Positions 50,301-59,299 are shown, numbered from the stretch's first letter. The stretch: DNA of 64,000 nt from Candidatus Latescibacterota bacterium (GCA_963707635.1 OY970173.1:2336001-2400000); one strand, 5' to 3'. The notes: generated from the letters alone by a model not told the origin. Translations and numbers: made by a program.

Positions 50301-50965
50301 GCCTGCTCCTTCAGCGACTGGTAGCGCCGCGCCTTCCCCATCTGGTACTTCAGCGAGCGCAGCTCCTTGTCCAATTCATTCAAGATGTCGACCAGCCGCA
50401 GCAGGTCCTGCTCGGTCGCCTTGATCTTGCGCTCCGCCTCCTCGCGCTGGATGCGGTAGCGCATGATCCCCGCCGCCTCCTCGAGCAGGTGGCGCTTCTC
50501 GTCCTCCTTCTCGGAGAGCACCTTGTCGATCATGTCGCGCTCGATGATCGCGTACGCGCTGTTGCCGAGCCCGGTGTCGACCAGGAGCCCGCGGACGTCC
50601 TTGAGCCGGACCGGGGCGCCGTTGACCAGGTACTCGCTGACCCCGCTGCGGTACAGGCGGCGCCCGATCTTGACTTCTTCGTACTCGAGGTTGAGGGAGT
50701 GGTCCTCGTTGCCGAGGGTAAGGTAGACCTCGGCCATGCCGAGGGGCTTGCGCAGCCGCGTCCCGTTGAACAGGACGTTTTCCATCTTGGTGTTGCGGAG
50801 CATGCGGGTGCGCTGCTCGCCCAGCACCCAGCGGATCGAATCCACCACGTTGGACTTGCCGCACCCGTTGGGGCCGATGATCGCCGTCACCCCGCCCGAA
50901 AAATCGAGCTCGATGCGGGACATGAACGATTTGAACCCGGCGATTTCGAGCTTGCGCAGCTGCAA
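47393..50965 (-). CDS. smc: Chromosome segregation protein SMC
   Basis: GFKSF, GPNGCGKSN, long coiled coils with a central hinge, GPVN, LSSGE, PFCVFDEVDAPLD, QFIVITH. Confidence 0.96.
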   Translation of the reverse strand: MQLRKLEIAGFKSFMSRIELDFSGGVTAIIGPNGCGKSNVVDSIRWVLGEQRTRMLRNTKMENVLFNGTRLRKPLGMAEVYLTLGNEDHSLNLEYEEVKIGRRLYRSGVSEYLVNGAPVRLKDVRGLLVDTGLGNSAYAIIERDMIDKVLSEKEDEKRHLLEEAAGIMRYRIQREEAERKIKATEQDLLRLVDILNELDKELRSLKYQMGKARRYQSLKEQADVMEIALLKGALFEYLGRRDALLAERATHENVRLVDENEIAIRENRLQEMRVESAEFEKRLQDLHESRFSLSTALQQHDERVAVHTERVNASRARIAEDTDEVARARTRMESIGAELGEARAAAVAKRESLAATRTLLAAKETTLREANQRLEEARGALRRHKQLALDLVREQAKETGALEHIEATLSDLAQRQDTVESQLDELSGEETTRVEELGAIEAAVASQHGVLTAKQKALAGLADALESAGAAIAGCDADLAGVALSLAKLGEKREFMSRIHEEHARTGEELRRHGALAGVLSDLVRVEKRYRRCFEAALAPILKGVVAGSRRDAMEWLRSYRRGDAGRVQILFPDVFTTEGALPRGDGVIGPARELLDCDPSVSAYLVAYLQGVVVVEDVDTALRLIEQGAATRIATLDGVFFDGPGRILVAGNEDIEATILELRSKLAELERAIAAVEVDERGLRLRRAELAADRERVQREIGEIRATLVSEERTYDALVERRRAAELHLVRVKEKITSLEQGIAETREAIQQLRPRLESSRRVAAQPDAASALDGADLAALEERALGVEREREHLAEEVGAARLAEVSVAAEAEAAEARVRNSEKLAEELLALVTAREEDRRRAEEQIRLSTEDMASTRVAVTRLHGEKRQVEADIETTSENYAGLKASRDALDAELRGMKDQREIKRANIERVNVEMATLDTRIAGLLEKGREKFGQDLEQLVKDRSGFDAAEWEAVSREELDELRKRLDEFGPVNMLAMSEHDEKKERFDFLSKQKLDLDEAKDSLVQAIRRINKEARRLLGETFEQVRENFKQTFMTLFDGGEADLFFVDSDDPLEANIKIVASPRGKKLHDISSLSSGERSLVALSLLFAIYLVKPSPFCVFDEVDAPLDDANIGRFVKLLRSFTDRTQFIVITHNKKTMEAADNLYGVTMEEPGVSKLISVRLDDAERFKVRGVVPVADAASLA

Positions 50966-51014
50966 GACGGCCCCCGACTCAAGGATTGTGGCGTCGCGAC
51001 GCGACGTTTATGGC

Positions 51015-52373
51015 TTATTCCGGAATCGTCGCGATGCGAGTAAATCGCACCTGCGGGATGGCGTCCAGATTTTTTTTGACCTCCTGCGCCTCCTCGCGGG
51101 TTTCGAACGGGCCGGCGTAGACGCGGTACCACTTCCCCTTCGGGCCCAGGTCCAGGAACACGATGAAGACCGGGAATTCGCGGCTCTGGAAAAACGCCAC
51201 TTCCTCGCGGGCGCGAATCGACGCCTGGAACGAGCTGATGTGGATCAGGAACCAGCCGCGGTAGTTGCGCACGACGTCGTCCATCACGTGGATGTCGGCG
51301 GGGTTGAGCAGAACGGTGCCGCCGCTCTTCCCTCCCGTGTCCGCCGGATTGACCGGCGCGCGAAACAACGGAGAGGCGGTGGTATCGGCCGCAGCGGGCG
51401 TGGTCGCGCCGGCGAGCGCGGTGTCGCGCGCCGCGACCGCCGCCGAATCCAACGGCGGGGGCGCGGGGACGGCGGGCTTGCCGGCCGACGTCGTGACGGA
51501 CGATGGATTCTTGGTGGAGGACCGGTTCTGGGACAGCCACCACCCCACGAACGCGATCACGACCAGGCCGAAGATCACGATCGCGAGGCGCGGGGCGAGC
51601 GACGATGCCCGGGTGTCCGCGGGCGCGAGTGCCGCCGCGGGTCGCGGCCGCGGCGCGGGTTTCGGCGCCGGGGCGGCGGGCCGCAGGGCGGGCTCCCGCG
51701 CGGGAGCAGCCGGGGCGGCTGGGGCGGCCCCAAGACGAAGACTCCAGACTTCCGCCCGTCCCCCTGCGACCGTCTCTTCGGCAGAATCCAGTTTTCCGTC
51801 CCGCGCGGAAGCGCGCACCAGCGCCACCACGTCGACCGCGCGGGCGAGCGGGTGCACGCCGCCGGTTTCGTCGAAGAGCGGGCCCACGAACAGGACACAG
51901 CGCGCGTGGGCCACGAGCCGTCGCGCCGCGTCCTCGAATGCGCTCTCGACGAACGGCATGCGCTTGGTCACCGGGAACGACCCGGCGCCCACGATATGGA
52001 CGCCGCCGTGCGCCTCCTGGGTGATGACGCCGATGGAACTCCCGTAGAGCAGGAAGTCGAGCAGGCCCAGCGCGTCCTTCTGGGGCACCACGCCGTGGAG
52101 ACCCGCGCGGACGAAATCGCAGTCGACCAAGAGCGTCGAGGGCACGTGTGCGATCAGCGTCTTCGCCAGCGCGAATGCCAGGTGGTCGCGCGAGCGCGCC
52201 CCGTCGTCGTCGGCGCAGACATAGATCGAGAGCGGCGCCTCGGCGACGCGCCGCGAGACGGTGGCGACCAGCGCCTGCAGCGGCTCGACCAGCGCCTCGG
52301 GGAGGTCGCCCTGCGCCGCCGCGTGCAGCGAATCGGCCGTCAGCGAGAATTGGTAGGCGGAGATTCGACTCAT
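51015..52373 (-). CDS. Membrane-anchored SPOR-domain protein with a degenerate N-terminal P-loop (CpsD/CapB- or MinD-like) domain
   Basis: TLLVDCDF...GLLDFL...VHIVGAG; Pro/Ala linker; one TM; C-terminal IHISSF...A...KWYRVYAGPFETREEA (SPOR). Confidence 0.75.
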   Translation of the reverse strand: MSRISAYQFSLTADSLHAAAQGDLPEALVEPLQALVATVSRRVAEAPLSIYVCADDDGARSRDHLAFALAKTLIAHVPSTLLVDCDFVRAGLHGVVPQKDALGLLDFLLYGSSIGVITQEAHGGVHIVGAGSFPVTKRMPFVESAFEDAARRLVAHARCVLFVGPLFDETGGVHPLARAVDVVALVRASARDGKLDSAEETVAGGRAEVWSLRLGAAPAAPAAPAREPALRPAAPAPKPAPRPRPAAALAPADTRASSLAPRLAIVIFGLVVIAFVGWWLSQNRSSTKNPSSVTTSAGKPAVPAPPPLDSAAVAARDTALAGATTPAAADTTASPLFRAPVNPADTGGKSGGTVLLNPADIHVMDDVVRNYRGWFLIHISSFQASIRAREEVAFFQSREFPVFIVFLDLGPKGKWYRVYAGPFETREEAQEVKKNLDAIPQVRFTRIATIPE

Positions 52374-52395
52374 AGATGAAGAGACCGGGTGCCGG

Positions 52396-53811
52396 CTAGC
52401 CGGGTGTGGCCAGCACGTCGACCAGGGCGCGGACGAGGTCGCCCTCCTCGCCGGGGAGGATCGTGGTCATGTTCACGCGCACGTCGCTTCCCTTGACCCG
52501 GGTAAACACGGGCACCGCGCCGAGCCGCAGCGCGCGAGCGAGCCGAACCGCGTCGGCGTCGCTTTCGCCCCGGATCACCACCGCCGCCGATGGCACGCTC
52601 ACCGCCGAGAGGCTCCCACCCCCCACCACCGCTTCGTCGTCGGCGACGCGCAGCGGCCGCGCCACCCGCGTTCCGACGGCCGAGACCACGCGCGCGGCCC
52701 GCGCGCGCAGGTCCCCGGGATCCGCGAACGTGCACGCCAGCACCGGGACCTCGTCCCGGGGCACGCCCGCAAACAGATAGCTGCGCAGCACCTCCTGCAG
52801 CGCGGCGATCGCCACTTTATCAACGCGTACCACGCGTCGCAACGGGTTTTGCTTGAGGCGCGCGACGAACTCACGCGTGCCCAGAATGATTCCGGCCTGA
52901 ACGCCCCCGAGCAGTTTGTCGCCGCTCATCGTGACCGCGTCCACGCCTTCGGCGATCACCCGCTCCACCGTGGGGTCGCGCCCGACGCCCGCGCCCGCGA
53001 AGTCGTACACGGCGCCGCTCCCGAGGTCGTACACCACCTGGCAGGCGTGCGCGCGGGCGACCGCCACCAGCTCGCCGATGGTCGCTTCGTGCACGAATCC
53101 TTCGATCTCGTAGTTGCTCTTGTGGACCTTGAGGATCAGATCGCCGGGCTGCGCGACTTTTTCGTAGTCCGCCGCGTAGGTGCGGTTGGTGGTGCCGACC
53201 TCGATCACCCCGGCCGCCGCGTGACGCAGGATCTCGGGCAGGCGGAAGCTGCCCCCGATTTCGACCAGCTCGCCGCGCGACACGATCACGCGCCCGGGCG
53301 GCGAGCACGAATTCGCCGCGAGATAGACCGCGGCCGCGTTGTTGTTCACGACCATCGCCGCGTCGGCGCCGGTGAGCAGGCAGAACATCGCCTCGAGGAC
53401 GTCCCCCCGCTTCGCGCGCTCGCCGGTGGCGAGGTCGATTTCCAGGCTCACGTAGCCGCGCAGCGCGCGCGCGGCCGCCGCCACCGCGCGCTCGTGGAGC
53501 GGGGCGCGTCCGAGGTTGGTGTGGAGCACCACGCCGGTGCCGTTGAGCACCGGCCGCAGCCCGCCGCGGCGCAGCGTCTCGACGCGGGCCGCCAGCGTCT
53601 GCACGACCCGCTCCGTGACCGCTGCGCGGTCGGGGCGTTCGGCGATCCCGCCCGCTACCTCCGCGCGCAACTCGTCGAGTATCGCGCGCACCAGGCGCGT
53701 CCACGGAAGGTGCGGATGGTCGTGGCGCCAGGTCGCGAGCGCCGGGTGCGAGAGCACCTCGTCGACCGCCGGAATGGAGCGAAGGAAGTCGCGCGCGGGG
53801 GAATGGGTCAT
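52396..53811 (-). CDS. selA: L-seryl-tRNA(Sec) selenium transferase
   Basis: LRSIPAVD, VLNGTGVVLHTNLGRAPL, VVNNNAAA, VSRGELVEIGGSFRLP, EVGTTNRT, DLGSG, SGDKLLGG. Confidence 0.95.
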   Translation of the reverse strand: MTHSPARDFLRSIPAVDEVLSHPALATWRHDHPHLPWTRLVRAILDELRAEVAGGIAERPDRAAVTERVVQTLAARVETLRRGGLRPVLNGTGVVLHTNLGRAPLHERAVAAAARALRGYVSLEIDLATGERAKRGDVLEAMFCLLTGADAAMVVNNNAAAVYLAANSCSPPGRVIVSRGELVEIGGSFRLPEILRHAAAGVIEVGTTNRTYAADYEKVAQPGDLILKVHKSNYEIEGFVHEATIGELVAVARAHACQVVYDLGSGAVYDFAGAGVGRDPTVERVIAEGVDAVTMSGDKLLGGVQAGIILGTREFVARLKQNPLRRVVRVDKVAIAALQEVLRSYLFAGVPRDEVPVLACTFADPGDLRARAARVVSAVGTRVARPLRVADDEAVVGGGSLSAVSVPSAAVVIRGESDADAVRLARALRLGAVPVFTRVKGSDVRVNMTTILPGEEGDLVRALVDVLATPG

Positions 53812-53940
53812 GGTCAACGCCTCGGGCCGCACCGACGGCGGCAACGCGCATCGAGTTGCCTACCACAGGCCCCGGAGCGCGTCAAACGATTATGCAACAA
53901 TTTCTTGAAGCGTGCGGACGATTCTGCTACCCATCGCGCC

Positions 53941-56256
53941 ATGGTACGGCGCGCCGGTCGACATCGTGCTCGCATAATCGCCGCCGCGGCCGCGTTCTTC
54001 GCCGCCGTCGCCATCGCGTCCTGCGGCGGGGGGCCGCCGCCGGTGACCCGCCCGGACATGTCTCACCTCTACCGCGGTCTCGCCGCCCCGCTCCCTCCGA
54101 TCGACGCCACCACGCTCAAGGGGTTCTTCATCCTCATCGACCCCGGTCACGGCGGGACGTTCCGCGGGACCGTGGGTCAGGACAGCCTCGAGGAGGCCCA
54201 CGTCAATCTCGGGGTCTCGCTCTACCTGTGGGGGCTCCTGCGCGAAGCGGGCGCGGACGTCCGCCTGACCCGCTCCGTCGACCGCGACTTCTTGAGCGAC
54301 GGCGATTCCACGCTGGTGTTCGACCTGCAGTCGCGGGTCGACCTGGTCGATTCGCTCCTCCCCGACGTGTTCATCTCGATCCACCACAACGCGCAGCCGC
54401 AGCGGGACCCGACCATGAATCGCGTCGAGACTTATTACACCGCGGGCGACCCCGCGTCCCTCGACCTCGCCTTCGCGATCCATCGCCACCTGATGCGCAA
54501 CCTCGGGATCGACGTCGGCGAGGTGCGGCAGGGCAACTACTTCGTCCTGCGCAACGTCACCGTGCCGGCCGTGCTGGGCGAGTCCAGCTACCTCACCCAC
54601 CCCGGAGTCGAGGACAAGCTCCGCCTCTCCAGCACCCAGCAGCTCGAAGCGGAGGCCTACTTCCTCGGCATCCTGGATTATTGCCGGCGCGGCATCCCGC
54701 GCGTCACCGCCATCGAACCGATGGACACGATGCAAACCTCCGTGCCGGACGTGAGCTGCATGTTAGAAGATCGCGGCGGCCTCGGTATCGACCCGGACGG
54801 CGTCAGCATGACGATAAACGGAACCCCGGTGGCCGCGGTCCTGTCGTCCGACGGACGGCGCGCCGTCTACCGCATGCCGTGGGACGCGCCCAACGGCACC
54901 TACGAGGTGCAGGTGACGGCGCGAAACCTCGGGGGCAACACCAGCGCGCTTGGAAAGCGGCGCTTCGCGATCGCCCATCCGCCCGCGATGGTGGCGATCG
55001 ACCCGTCGCCCCCGCGCGCCCCGCGCGGCGGCAGCGTGCGGGTGCGCGCCCGCGTGCTTGACGGCCGCGGGCTCCCGGTCGCCGACGGAACGCCGGTGCG
55101 CCTGACGCGTCCGTCCGCTGACGCCGCCGCGACCCGCGTGCAGGCCGGCGCCGTCGAATTCACGCTTGCGGTTCCGGCCGCCCGCGCGAAGACCCTCGCG
55201 ATCGAGCTGGAATGCGCCGGTGTGCTCTTCGCGCGCGCGATCCCCGTCGACGCGGGGGCGGGCCGGCGCTGGCGTTCCATCGCGGTCCGTGACGCGGCAA
55301 CCGGCGCGCCCATTCTCTCCGGCTCGGTGGCGTTCGGCGACTCCGTGGCGGTCAGCGGATCGCCCTCCGGGGTGTACGGCTTCCTCGACCTCGGCACGCG
55401 CGCGCGCGTGATCGCGCCGGGCTTTCGTTCCGAGATCGTCGGCAGCGCCGACAGCGTCTCCCTCACCCCGTGGTTCGGAGGCGCGCTGCACGGCAAGCGC
55501 TTCGTGCTCGACCCCGAGGGCGGAACGCCGCGGGTGGCGGGCGCGGGGCAGATGGGGCTTTCGGCGTCGCACGTCAATCTGCGCGTCGCCACCTACCTCG
55601 CCGGCTACCTGCGCGAGGCCGGCGCCGAGGTGCGGGTGACGCGAGCGAGCGAAGAGGTCCGGCTGCCGGAGGACGTGGTGCGCCTGGTCAGTCGCTTCCG
55701 CGCGGACCGCTACCTCGAGATCCGTCACTCGGCGATGCCGGGCGACAGCGTGCCCGCGGTACGCACCTATTTCTTCCCGGGGAGCGCCAACGGCATGAAG
55801 TTCGCGCGCACGCTGGGCGAGACGATTGCGCAGCGGCTCGGGACGACACTCGTCGGCCCCGCGAGCCTCGTCACCTACCCGCTGCAGCAGACCGCGTGTC
55901 CCGCGATCGTGGTGACATTTCCATCCATCTCGATCATCGCGGAGGAGACGCGGCTCGATCAGGCGTCGTACCTGCGCGAGCAGGCGTACGCCGTCTTCGT
56001 CGGCCTGCTGCGACACTTCGGCGCGGCAGAGACCGCGTCCCTTACTTTCACCGTGGTCAACGATCCACGCGCCGACTGGCTCGTCACCCTCGACGACACG
56101 TGGACGCTGGTGACGGACGACGACGGCCGGGTCGTCTTCGACTGCCTCGCGCCGGGCGCGCACGGGATTGCCTTGCGTCGCGGCGATCACGTCGAGTGGG
56201 TCCCCGTGACCGTTACGAAGGGGGTCAACCAGCTGAACATGGACAGCATTGAATAG
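53941..56256 (+). CDS. Lipoprotein N-acetylmuramoyl-L-alanine amidase with two Amidase_3-like domains separated by Ig-like domains
   Basis: Lipobox IASC; DPGHGG, EAHVNL, LTR, SIHHNA, VLGES; second copy LDPEGG...VNL...VTR. Confidence 0.82.
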   Translation: MVRRAGRHRARIIAAAAAFFAAVAIASCGGGPPPVTRPDMSHLYRGLAAPLPPIDATTLKGFFILIDPGHGGTFRGTVGQDSLEEAHVNLGVSLYLWGLLREAGADVRLTRSVDRDFLSDGDSTLVFDLQSRVDLVDSLLPDVFISIHHNAQPQRDPTMNRVETYYTAGDPASLDLAFAIHRHLMRNLGIDVGEVRQGNYFVLRNVTVPAVLGESSYLTHPGVEDKLRLSSTQQLEAEAYFLGILDYCRRGIPRVTAIEPMDTMQTSVPDVSCMLEDRGGLGIDPDGVSMTINGTPVAAVLSSDGRRAVYRMPWDAPNGTYEVQVTARNLGGNTSALGKRRFAIAHPPAMVAIDPSPPRAPRGGSVRVRARVLDGRGLPVADGTPVRLTRPSADAAATRVQAGAVEFTLAVPAARAKTLAIELECAGVLFARAIPVDAGAGRRWRSIAVRDAATGAPILSGSVAFGDSVAVSGSPSGVYGFLDLGTRARVIAPGFRSEIVGSADSVSLTPWFGGALHGKRFVLDPEGGTPRVAGAGQMGLSASHVNLRVATYLAGYLREAGAEVRVTRASEEVRLPEDVVRLVSRFRADRYLEIRHSAMPGDSVPAVRTYFFPGSANGMKFARTLGETIAQRLGTTLVGPASLVTYPLQQTACPAIVVTFPSISIIAEETRLDQASYLREQAYAVFVGLLRHFGAAETASLTFTVVNDPRADWLVTLDDTWTLVTDDDGRVVFDCLAPGAHGIALRRGDHVEWVPVTVTKGVNQLNMDSIE

Positions 56257-56274
56257 CGCGCGCCGCCTGCTCCG

Positions 56275-56303
56275 TTGACTCCCCGCACCTGCCCGCCTAT
56301 CAT
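56275..56303 (+). promoter_or_regulatory. Sigma70-type promoter upstream of the tonB-like gene
   Basis: TTGACT (56275-56280), 17 bp spacer, TATCAT (56298-56303). Confidence 0.72.
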
Positions 56304-56343
56304 TGAAGGGAAGGCTTCCCCACGTGCCACCAAAGGAATCCGC

Positions 56344-57018
56344 ATGCCGACGAGTTACTGGGATCGGGAGGCATCGTACCGGAAGCGCATCGGCGTCATC
56401 ATTCCGGTCGCGGTGGGCCTGATCCTCGCGCCGTTTTTCCTGTCGGGTAGACTCGAATACCGGGAAGACTCGCCCTTCGTGGGGTGGCGCGGGCCGATCG
56501 AGTTGCTCCCCGAGATCACCGTCGAACCCGAGCCCGTCTCGCCCGCCGCGACGCCGGCGGCATCACCGCCGGTCAAGCCCGAACCCCCGACGCCCCAGGA
56601 ATCGGTCGCACTCGACGACGCCGAAGCGAGCACCGTGGAGACCGGCCCGACCGACCTCGAATCCAATCCGCCGCGCGTCGCGCGCGCGTCGTCGCGGGTC
56701 GAGCGGATCGAGCCGCTGGCCTCGCCCCCCCAGTCGGCGTCTTATTCGGAGAACTACGTCATCCTGCACATGATCAAGCCGACCTATCCGCCCCGCGAGC
56801 TGGCGGATGGCATCGAAGCAAATGTCACGGTTGAGCTCGTCGTCGACGAGCGCGGGCAGGTGGTGGAGGCGAACGTGCTGTCCGCCATCGGACCGGTGAG
56901 TTTTCAGGAGTCGACGCTCGCGGCCGTGCGCCAGTTCCGGTTCCAGCCGCCGATCGAGGACGGCAAGCCCGCGAGCATGCGGATCAAGTTCCTCGTCAAG
57001 TTCCGGATCCTCGCGTGA
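56344..57018 (+). CDS. TonB-family energy transducer
   Basis: N-terminal TM, Pro-rich linker, P.YP..E...GIE..V.VELVVDERGQV...AAVRQFRFQP...GKP. Confidence 0.85.
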   Translation: MPTSYWDREASYRKRIGVIIPVAVGLILAPFFLSGRLEYREDSPFVGWRGPIELLPEITVEPEPVSPAATPAASPPVKPEPPTPQESVALDDAEASTVETGPTDLESNPPRVARASSRVERIEPLASPPQSASYSENYVILHMIKPTYPPRELADGIEANVTVELVVDERGQVVEANVLSAIGPVSFQESTLAAVRQFRFQPPIEDGKPASMRIKFLVKFRILA

Positions 57019-57034
57019 CGCGCTCGCCGGCGGT

Positions 57035-58792
57035 TCAGCGTCGCGCGAAGATCTCCGGTCGTCCGTCGCGCACCCGCACCAGCGGCACCGCCGCGGCGCG
57101 CGCCGCGCGCACCTCCGCGTCGCCCTTGAGGGTGCGGTCCAGGAACGCGCGCACGTCCTCGCGCGAGGACGCGCCGTCCTCGAGCGCGGAAAGGATCATG
57201 CGGGTGCCGTAGTAGCCCGCCACCGTCACCGGGCTGACTTCGGTAGCCCCGCTGGCGATGATCTTCTCGCGGAGCGCCCGATCCTGCTCCGGCGTGGAGC
57301 CGTAGTGTGATTCGGCCGGGAACAGGGCGCCCTCGAGCTCGTCGCGCGCCATGCGCAGCAGCTTGTCGGAATTCCACTGGCTCAGTCCCAGCAACTGCAC
57401 CTGCAGGTCGTGGAACTTCACCTGCGGCAGGATCTGCAGCAGCTCGTCGATGCTACCGGCGACGAAGAGCGCATCCGGCGTGGCGTCGCGAATCTTCTCG
57501 AGACCGGCGCGAAAATCGGTCCCGCCTTCTTCGAAATATTCGGCCGCGATGACCTGGCGCCCCAGGCGCCGGACTTCCTGCGCGAAGAAGTCCGCGATGT
57601 CGCGGCGGTCGCCGCGGGCGGGGGCCAGGACCGCGAATCGTTCCAGCGCGAGGCTTGCGACGGCGGCCTCCGCCACGGCGGTGGCCTCGACGGTGGAGGG
57701 GACGCGGGTCTGAAACACGCACGACCCGATTTCCGTCAGCTCGTCCGACGCGACCACCGGCGACACGATCGGCGTGCGCCACGCGTTGGCTTCGATGGCG
57801 CCGGCCACGGCCGGGAGTGTGAACAGGTCGCCGACCACCGCGATGGCGCCGTCCTCCACCACCAGCCGGCGCACCGCCTTCACCGCGCCCACCGCCCCGC
57901 CGTGCGAATCCGCCACCACCAGGCTCAGGCGGCGCGGCCGCGACGCGTTGTGTTCGTCGACCGCGAGCTTTGCGCCCTGTTCGAAGAGCCGCCCGTAGAG
58001 TGCGAGGTTTCCGGTCTGCGGAAGGAGTGCCCCCACCAGGTCGGGGTTGACCCGGGTGGCAGGGCCCGGCGGCGGGGTCTGTCGCCGCTCCGCCGCGAGC
58101 TCCATGAGACGCCGCGCGTCGTCGCCGGACTCGCTCTGCGGCAGGGATTGCAGGTAGGAGAAAAGCAGCTCGTGGCACCGGTCGTAGTCGCCGGCGGCGT
58201 ACGCGGAACGCGCCTGCTTGAGCGTGGCCGCGCGCGCGATCGCCGAGTCGGGGTGCTTGCGCGCGAGTGCATCGAGGTCGGCGGTGGTCAGTCCCCGGTC
58301 GACGACTGCGTTGAGCCTCCGCGACGCGTCGGCCCGCGTCCCCGCGTCGGCCGGCGAATCCAAGAGCTCGATCAACGCCTCGGCCTCGCGCGCCGGGTCA
58401 CCCAGGTGGTCGTACGCCTCGGCGGCTCCGTCCAGCGCGCGCACCCGGAAACGGCTGGCCGGGTAGTCGCGCACCAGCGTATCGAAATACGTCGCCGCGG
58501 AGGCGAACTGCTCCTGCGCCGCCGCCACGTCGCCGGCCAGGAGGAGCGCTTCGTCGGCGCGGGCAAAACGGGGATAGTGGTTCACGAGATCGCTGGCCGT
58601 GAGCGCGGCCGCGTCCAGCCGGCCGGCGGTGCGATCCGCCTGGAGCGACGCGAAGAGCTCTTCGGCGCGCGCCTGCTCGGCGGGACCGTAGGCGCTCGAC
58701 TTGCGCCCGACCTGGGCGCACCCGACCAGCGCGCCCAGCACCAGCGCGCAGACGGTCGCCCGAAGGGCGCCGTGCGATTGACGCAACGCCAT
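57035..58792 (-). CDS. Lipoprotein with TPR region and periplasmic-binding-protein-like domain (LpoA/LppC-like PBP activator)
   Basis: Lipobox LVGC; TPR-type YP..R.ADEALL; VGALLPQTG..A.YG...EQGA.LA, VADSHG, DF...LEKI. Confidence 0.68.
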   Translation of the reverse strand: MALRQSHGALRATVCALVLGALVGCAQVGRKSSAYGPAEQARAEELFASLQADRTAGRLDAAALTASDLVNHYPRFARADEALLLAGDVAAAQEQFASAATYFDTLVRDYPASRFRVRALDGAAEAYDHLGDPAREAEALIELLDSPADAGTRADASRRLNAVVDRGLTTADLDALARKHPDSAIARAATLKQARSAYAAGDYDRCHELLFSYLQSLPQSESGDDARRLMELAAERRQTPPPGPATRVNPDLVGALLPQTGNLALYGRLFEQGAKLAVDEHNASRPRRLSLVVADSHGGAVGAVKAVRRLVVEDGAIAVVGDLFTLPAVAGAIEANAWRTPIVSPVVASDELTEIGSCVFQTRVPSTVEATAVAEAAVASLALERFAVLAPARGDRRDIADFFAQEVRRLGRQVIAAEYFEEGGTDFRAGLEKIRDATPDALFVAGSIDELLQILPQVKFHDLQVQLLGLSQWNSDKLLRMARDELEGALFPAESHYGSTPEQDRALREKIIASGATEVSPVTVAGYYGTRMILSALEDGASSREDVRAFLDRTLKGDAEVRAARAAAVPLVRVRDGRPEIFARR

Positions 58793-59286
58793 CAGAACTC
58801 TCCCGGGTCGAGATCCTTCAAGTAGCGGCGCAGTTCGTCGTCGCGGTTCGGTTCGGCCCCGGCTTCGCCCTCCGCAGACCGCTTGTGCGACGCGAACACG
58901 TCCTGGGCGACGAAGATGGGCGCGTCGAACTTGAGCGCGAGCGCGACGGAGTCGCTGGGCCGGGCATCGATGGCGATCACATCGTTGTCCCGTTGCAGGT
59001 AGACGCGGGCATAGAAGGTGTTGTTGCGCAGCTCGGTGATGGCGACCTTCACCAGAGTGGCACCCAGGCCCTCGATGGTCGCGCGCAGCAGGTCGTGCGT
59101 GAGCGGCCGCTCGAACTTCTCGCCCTTCATGTGCAGTTCGATCGCCATGCCTTCCGCCTGACCGATCCAAATCGGGAGCACCTCGCCGCCCTCGATGCTC
59201 TTCAGGAGGACCACCGGATTGTCGCGTGGATCGCGGGCCAGGCCGCTTACGGTGACGCGCACGAATTGCCTCTCATCGTGGGTCAC
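58792..59286 (-). CDS. Bifunctional nuclease family protein (DUF151)
   Basis: LPIWIGQAEG.AI, RPLTHDL, TFYA, IDARPSDSVALAL. Confidence 0.92.
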   Translation of the reverse strand: MTHDERQFVRVTVSGLARDPRDNPVVLLKSIEGGEVLPIWIGQAEGMAIELHMKGEKFERPLTHDLLRATIEGLGATLVKVAITELRNNTFYARVYLQRDNDVIAIDARPSDSVALALKFDAPIFVAQDVFASHKRSAEGEAGAEPNRDDELRRYLKDLDPGEF

Positions 59287-59299
59287 GGCCGGTCCGCGG

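Noticed and set aside
46382..51043. 1553-aa plus-strand ORF and 1003-aa alternative minus-frame ORF
   Set aside because: They overlap ftsY/smc, which have clear motifs; shadow frames
53855..53935. Divergent promoters for selA (TTGACG-17-TAGGCA) and the amidase (TTGAAG-17-TACCCA)
   Set aside because: Plausible location, but both -10 boxes lack the conserved final T, so not called as features
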